32,000 nucleotides of DNA from the NCBI GenBank assembly GCA_964480775.1, contig CAYZRF010000004.1:1-32000 (forward strand), read 5' to 3'. The DNA is from an uncultured Nitrososphaerota archaeon (GTDB lineage Archaea > Korarchaeota > Korarchaeia > Korarchaeales > Korarchaeaceae). The notes under the pieces are model-generated. The model ran no database searches. It was not told the origin of the DNA and worked only from the letters and a program-made list of their open reading frames with translations. A program made the translations under genes and the position numbers. The stretch's first letter is position 1, and each line of letters starts with the position of its first letter. Positions 27,680 to 32,000 of the stretch are shown one piece after another.

Positions 27680-28733
27680 GCCAGCCATTCCTCTGGCAGG
27701 AATCTCGCTACTCGAGTATTATCTCTTGCTGTTTTCTCGCTTTGGTATAACAGACGCAGCCATTCTCATCGGTCATTTAGGAGATAAAATAGTTGAACGC
27801 GTCAATTCGAATAAGTCCATTTCAATTAACATCGATTTCATAAATCAGAGGGAACAGCTTGGCACTGGACATGCAGTTTATATGTTAAGGGAGAACTCAG
27901 GTGGGAAAGACTTTCTTCTAATTTACTCAGATGTTTTCATAGGATCCAACGATTTTAAAAGGCTTATGGAAGCTGGATCTAGCTCAGAATTTGATCACGT
28001 TGTTGCAGTTGCCAGAGTAACAGAACCTTGGAAATTCGGAGTGGTTTTAGAAGACTCTGGGTTATTAAAGAGGATAATTGAGAAGCCTGAGAAAGGGACA
28101 GAACCTAGTAATAAGGTGATAGCAGGGGCATTTTACTTCAGTAACTCAATCTTTTCCTTTCTAGAAGGCCTTTCAAAATCGCCAAGAGGAGAGTATGAGC
28201 TAACAGACGCCATCCAAGAAGCTGCCCGGTGCGGAGAAAAAGTAAAAGTGCTCAACCTTAAAGAGGGATGGACCGATGCTGGGACGTTTTCTAACTTATT
28301 ATTAGCCTCAAAACTTCTATTTCAGGAATTGATAAGGGAAAGATTGTACTTAGACCTGAAATGGCCTTATCAAGATGGCTTGCTTGGACCAGGGGCGGAG
28401 GAATCATACCCTGGAGTAAAGGTACAGGGACCTATTTTCATAGGATCCAACGTAGAGATCGGACGAGGCTCTATAGTAGGTCCCTATGCGGTCCTATTTG
28501 GAGATGTGGTGATAGGGGAAGAAGTCAGGGTTTCTAGCTCAATATTGTTGAAGGGAGTGAGTGTAGGAGAGGGATCCATAATAGAAGCAAGCATACTAAG
28601 CGATGGATCCTTTGTAGGCAAGGAAGTGAAGTTGAAAAGGAAGCCAAAACATGGGGAGTTCGGCATGATCTTAGGTCAGGGAGCCCGCGTAGACGATCTT
28701 ACTGAGGTTGAACCGGGAGCAATTTTCACTTAG
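27603..28733 (+). CDS. Sugar-1-phosphate nucleotidyltransferase with a C-terminal left-handed beta-helix (GlmU/ST0452-like)
   Basis: N-terminus (M)KGFLLAAGKGKRLRPLT is the nucleotidyltransferase G-loop. QLGTGHAV is present. The C-terminus has hexapeptide repeats (IGSNVEIGRGSIVGP...VVIGEEVRV...). TTG start at 27603 or 27612. Confidence 0.82.
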   Translation: MQRLKGFLLAAGKGKRLRPLTFLHPKPAIPLAGISLLEYYLLLFSRFGITDAAILIGHLGDKIVERVNSNKSISINIDFINQREQLGTGHAVYMLRENSGGKDFLLIYSDVFIGSNDFKRLMEAGSSSEFDHVVAVARVTEPWKFGVVLEDSGLLKRIIEKPEKGTEPSNKVIAGAFYFSNSIFSFLEGLSKSPRGEYELTDAIQEAARCGEKVKVLNLKEGWTDAGTFSNLLLASKLLFQELIRERLYLDLKWPYQDGLLGPGAEESYPGVKVQGPIFIGSNVEIGRGSIVGPYAVLFGDVVIGEEVRVSSSILLKGVSVGEGSIIEASILSDGSFVGKEVKLKRKPKHGEFGMILGQGARVDDLTEVEPGAIFT

Positions 28734-28753
28734 GTTAGGGTTTACATCTCGCA

Positions 28754-29953
28754 TTAACGTTTAGTGAGTATCCTCACGACATCTCTGTGTTTTGGAGCGT
28801 AGGAGAGGCTAATTCTTACCTTGTTTCTGACGTCAAAACCGGCTACAGCTTTTTCAGCTATTTCGGTGTGGATGGCGGTCGCGACATCTCTTACCTCCGC
28901 GTCTTCTGGAACTAGCAAAACATCGGGAAGAACTCTTCCATCTTTATCAGAGAGCTTAGTCTCGTTTTCAACTGGAAAAACGGCTTTGTAGCGCGCTATT
29001 TCAAATAAACTCTTATCAAGAGCGTCTTGAACGCCAGTAGATCCATAAACATCTAGTATCCTCTCCTGTATGAGTTTTAAGGCTTTGACCTGGGATTCGC
29101 GCAGCTTACTCTCGTCTATTATCTCAAAACCACTATCTCCTGGCTCGTATTTAATTAAGCCAGCTGAAGCTGCTCTACGGAGTATTAGCTCAGCTTCTGC
29201 TGAAGTTGGAATCACAGGATCGTTGAGATTGGCTTTTAGACGCTCTAAATTCTTCTCGCTTCCTGGAACATCTATTTTATTGGCTGCAACGAGCATAGGC
29301 TTAGTCTTCTCCCTGAGAAGAGAGGTAAACAAGAGCAGTTGGTCCTCTGACCATCCAGCTATGCGTGAAAGGTCTAAGTCGAGTTCTTTCGCTGCTACAC
29401 GAACCTCCTCCCTCCCCATTCCAAGCCCTGAGAGAACGTCACCGAGAACCTCCTCCGGCTTTTCTTTTGTAAGTTCTATCCTCCTACGGATGGTTGGCAT
29501 GTTCCTTTGTATTATTCCCTTTAGCCAGTGAGCAAACTCCTCCTTGACAAGGATCGCATCGCGCAGGGGATCGTAGGATCCAGGTCTTGCTGGTCTTCCT
29601 TCTTCATCTGTCGCTCCAGAGGCATCTACGATCAAAATATGAACGCTAGCCTTTCTTAGATCGTCTAAGAATTTGTTTCCAAGTCCTCTTCCCAGATGAG
29701 CTCCTGGAACTAGACCAGCTACGTCCAGTAGCTTGATGGGAACGTACCTATACCTGCCATTACACCAGCCAAACCTAGGCTGGCAATGTAACCCAAACTC
29801 AGTACAAACAGATTTTACCCTTACGTAGCCAACTCCTTCATTTGGTTTTATGGTAACGAATGGCCTGTCTCCTATTTCAGCTTCTACTAGCGTTGCTGCC
29901 GAAAAAAACGTGGTTTTACCCACGTTAGTCTTTCCAACTATGCCTACTAGCAT
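28754..29953 (-). CDS. OBG/YchF-related GTP-binding protein of the archaeal Ygr210 type, with a C-terminal TGS-like domain
   Basis: 399 aa. G1 GIVGKTNVGKTT, G3 LLDVAGLVPGA, G4 AANKID. Confidence 0.78.
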   Translation of the reverse strand: MLVGIVGKTNVGKTTFFSAATLVEAEIGDRPFVTIKPNEGVGYVRVKSVCTEFGLHCQPRFGWCNGRYRYVPIKLLDVAGLVPGAHLGRGLGNKFLDDLRKASVHILIVDASGATDEEGRPARPGSYDPLRDAILVKEEFAHWLKGIIQRNMPTIRRRIELTKEKPEEVLGDVLSGLGMGREEVRVAAKELDLDLSRIAGWSEDQLLLFTSLLREKTKPMLVAANKIDVPGSEKNLERLKANLNDPVIPTSAEAELILRRAASAGLIKYEPGDSGFEIIDESKLRESQVKALKLIQERILDVYGSTGVQDALDKSLFEIARYKAVFPVENETKLSDKDGRVLPDVLLVPEDAEVRDVATAIHTEIAEKAVAGFDVRNKVRISLSYAPKHRDVVRILTKR

Positions 29954-30034
29954 CTTCCAATGAACTGGTCACCACATTAATTTTAAATCGGGGGCTTCCT
30001 AACGAACAAGGAAGCATGTGGGTGGGATGAAACA

Positions 30035-30628
30035 TTGCCAACCATTGGAAGATACTACGAGAAATTGATCTGGAGAAAGAGAGAAGAGTTACCTGAGCTC
30101 TCTAAGCTTTGGCAAGAGAGATTGGTTAGATGGCGCCGTCAACCAGCAGTGGTGAGGGTAGAGAGACCTACTCGCCCAGACAGGGCCAGGGAGCTAGGGT
30201 ATAAAGCCAAGCAGGGCTTCGTCATAGCTAGAGTAAGGGTTAGAAGAGGAGGTAGGAGGAAATCCAGGCCTAGATCTGGAAGAAAGCCAGGCAGCATGGG
30301 AGTGAAGAAGATAACTCCAGCTAAGAGCATCAAAAGAATAGCCGAGGAAAGATGTGCGAGAAAGTTCCCGAACTTGGAAGTCTTAAACTCCTACTACGTT
30401 GCTGAAGACGGGAAGTACAAGTGGTACGAGGTGATCTTGGTTGATCCTCACCATCCAGTGATAAAATCCGATCCAAAGATCAACTGGATAACAGAGCCGG
30501 TGCACAAGGGAAGAGTATTTAGAGGGCTAACGAGTGCAGGAAAGAAGTCAAGGGGTCTTAGGAAGAGGAGAGGAATACCTGAATGGGTTAAAAGGTTTAA
30601 ACGTAAGTTCAAGAGGCCATTTAGTTGA
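30035..30628 (+). CDS. rpl15e: 50S ribosomal protein L15e
   Basis: 197 aa, very basic. Contains [36 protein letters not shown]...[11 protein letters not shown], diagnostic of L15e. TTG is the only in-frame start. Confidence 0.92.
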   Translation: MPTIGRYYEKLIWRKREELPELSKLWQERLVRWRRQPAVVRVERPTRPDRARELGYKAKQGFVIARVRVRRGGRRKSRPRSGRKPGSMGVKKITPAKSIKRIAEERCARKFPNLEVLNSYYVAEDGKYKWYEVILVDPHHPVIKSDPKINWITEPVHKGRVFRGLTSAGKKSRGLRKRRGIPEWVKRFKRKFKRPFS

Positions 30629-31092
30629 GGAAAAAGGGGTTATGTGTAATTTCCGCGTATATTGAGTCTTTCATTTATCCAACAGAGAATAAAGAGAAGG
30701 CTTTGACCGCTCTGATAAACCTAACTCCTCCAGAAATAAGGGATAGGCTTTCAGTTGAAAAAAAGTCGTTTAGGAGCCATTATGGGTATTATCTGGAGAA
30801 AAGAGTAATCAAGCTTTCTGGGGAAGAAGCCATCGCTTTTACAAGATATTTAGAGAAGCTGCTTGATGATGAGACAAAGCATGAAATCGTTAAGACACTA
30901 GAATCCAGAACTGACGACAGGAACCTGTACCTAAGGATTAACAAGCAAGAAGCTTTTGAAGGGAAGGTTAAGCTATATTGTAAGGATCCAGGGGGGCAGA
31001 TAAGGATTAGAATAACGTATTCATCAAACTACCTGCCGAAAGGTGGTCTGGTAAGAGCTATTAGGGAGAAGGGGATTGGAATTTCTGGATGA
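30625..31092 (+). CDS. COG1931/DUF54 predicted RNA-binding protein (exosome-superoperon member)
   Basis: 155 aa. [27 protein letters not shown] matches the family N-terminus. Conserved position between L15e and Rpp30. TTGA start/stop overlap with L15e. Confidence 0.65.
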   Translation: MRKKGLCVISAYIESFIYPTENKEKALTALINLTPPEIRDRLSVEKKSFRSHYGYYLEKRVIKLSGEEAIAFTRYLEKLLDDETKHEIVKTLESRTDDRNLYLRINKQEAFEGKVKLYCKDPGGQIRIRITYSSNYLPKGGLVRAIREKGIGISG

Positions 31093-31766
31093 GAAAGTAC
31101 GTAGACCTGAAAGTATGGGCCCTTAGTTCAAATGCTAATGAACTGAGGTCTTTAGTTGCTACGGGAGTAGAAATGGGTTTTTGGGCTCTGGGAATGGCGT
31201 GTTACCCTAATGAATTGGAAAAAACCCAGGAAATTGTTAAGAAGTTTACATCAGAGGGGTACAGAGTCTTCACATCGCTTGAAATGGAACTCCAAAATCC
31301 TAGAGCCTTGAGAATCCTGTCAAAACTCTTGAAAAAGAGACTTTTCCTCTCCGTAAAACCTTTATCTCTGGAAATGGCTCGTAGAGCTGTCAAGCTAAGG
31401 GCAAACTCCATAGTCCTTCCAATTAATAGGAACAAGCTGATTTTTGATTCCGTTTGTGCAAAGGAGCTGTTTAAACGAGAAGGCTCGGTAGAAATTCATT
31501 TGGTAGATCTTTTGAAGTCTAACGAGAAAGAGTTGCTGAGAGCCCTTAGAGTGTTAAGGCTTGAAGTCCAAATAGCCAGAAAATATGGTATTCCAATAAT
31601 CGTTTCAAGTGGTGCTACCAGGAGCTTCGAGCTACTTGATCCAATTATAATGGCGTCAATCGCCGAAACCTTGCTGAAAATACCAAAAGAAGCGGCTCTA
31701 AACTCAATAAGCGACTATCCTTATTCATTAATAGAGAAAAAAGGGCTGATTTCAGTTGAAGGCTAA
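31089..31766 (+). CDS. rnp3: RNase P protein component 3 (Rpp30)
   Basis: 225 aa. YVDLKV start and TIM-barrel-like pattern. Conserved position in the L15e - COG1931 - Rpp30 - Pop5 order. Confidence 0.75.
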   Translation: MRKYVDLKVWALSSNANELRSLVATGVEMGFWALGMACYPNELEKTQEIVKKFTSEGYRVFTSLEMELQNPRALRILSKLLKKRLFLSVKPLSLEMARRAVKLRANSIVLPINRNKLIFDSVCAKELFKREGSVEIHLVDLLKSNEKELLRALRVLRLEVQIARKYGIPIIVSSGATRSFELLDPIIMASIAETLLKIPKEAALNSISDYPYSLIEKKGLISVEG

Positions 31767-32000
31767 AATCCCTATTGGCTTGATTCCTCCAAAAAGGTAC
31801 GTGGCTTTAGAAATTAGAGGGGAGCTTGACGTCCGTCGTTTGATAATCTTGAGTATAGAGGCTGCTCAGGAGCTTTATGGAATTCTAGGCACAGGTGAAC
31901 TTAAACTTGCGTTGAAATACTACAAAGGAAGTGATGCGATAATAGAGACTACTAACAGGGATTTACCCAAGATCTTGACGGCTTTGACCTTTGCTCTTTT
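31756..32000 (+). CDS. rnp2: RNase P protein component 2 (Pop5), N-terminal part; runs off the right edge
   Basis: My translation from TTG 31756 gives LKAKIPIGLIPPKRYVALEIRGELDVRRLIILSIEAAQELYGILGTGELKLALKYYKGSDAIIETTNRDLPKILTALTFAL with no stop. The KRYVALEI motif and the position after Rpp30 fit Pop5. Confidence 0.7.
   Translation, partial: MKAKIPIGLIPPKRYVALEIRGELDVRRLIILSIEAAQELYGILGTGELKLALKYYKGSDAIIETTNRDLPKILTALTFAL

Overview
Archaeal chromosomal core segment. Protein-coding DNA is AT-rich, while every stable-RNA gene is strikingly GC-rich, a contrast typical of hyperthermophiles.

**rRNA operon (1-3649, minus strand).** It holds a complete 16S, a ~150-nt spacer with no tRNA, and the 5' ~2 kb of 23S, which runs off the left edge. 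Its TATA box, a structured leader and a perfect 22-bp processing helix bracketing 16S are all visible.

**Rest of the window: densely packed housekeeping genes, in order:**
- argF
- the conserved block pfdA, aIF6, L31e, L39e, PDCD5-like, S19e, Rpp21, Nep1
- tRNA-Gly and tRNA-His
- an M20 carbamoylase-type amidohydrolase
- tRNA-Ala
- ftsZ, secE, spt5/nusG, L11, L1, P0
- nnr, a Mut7-C/DUF82 protein, tRNA-Gln, GGGP synthase, DUF99
- a ValRS-like class I synthetase
- an HTH-ThiN fusion
- tRNA-Ser
- PolD small subunit (DP1), tail-to-tail with orc1/cdc6
- a 340-bp AT-rich gap, the best oriC candidate
- ecfT, ecfA2, ecfA1
- S3Ae, a sugar nucleotidyltransferase, a Ygr210-type GTPase
- L15e, COG1931, Rpp30, Pop5 (start of the exosome/RNase P superoperon)

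**What is absent.** I saw no CRISPR array, transposase, integrase or recognisable defence or toxin cassette. I do not find convincing evidence for a novel multi-gene system here.

**Items most worth a second look:**
- the putative replication origin
- a 160-bp tract that is 100% identical between the two otherwise diverged ecfA paralogs
- two tRNAs with insertions at non-canonical positions
- a ValRS with altered HIGH and KMSKS signatures
- a short P0 lacking the acidic tail, with no L12/P1 gene after it

All functional calls rest on by-eye motif recognition, not on searches.
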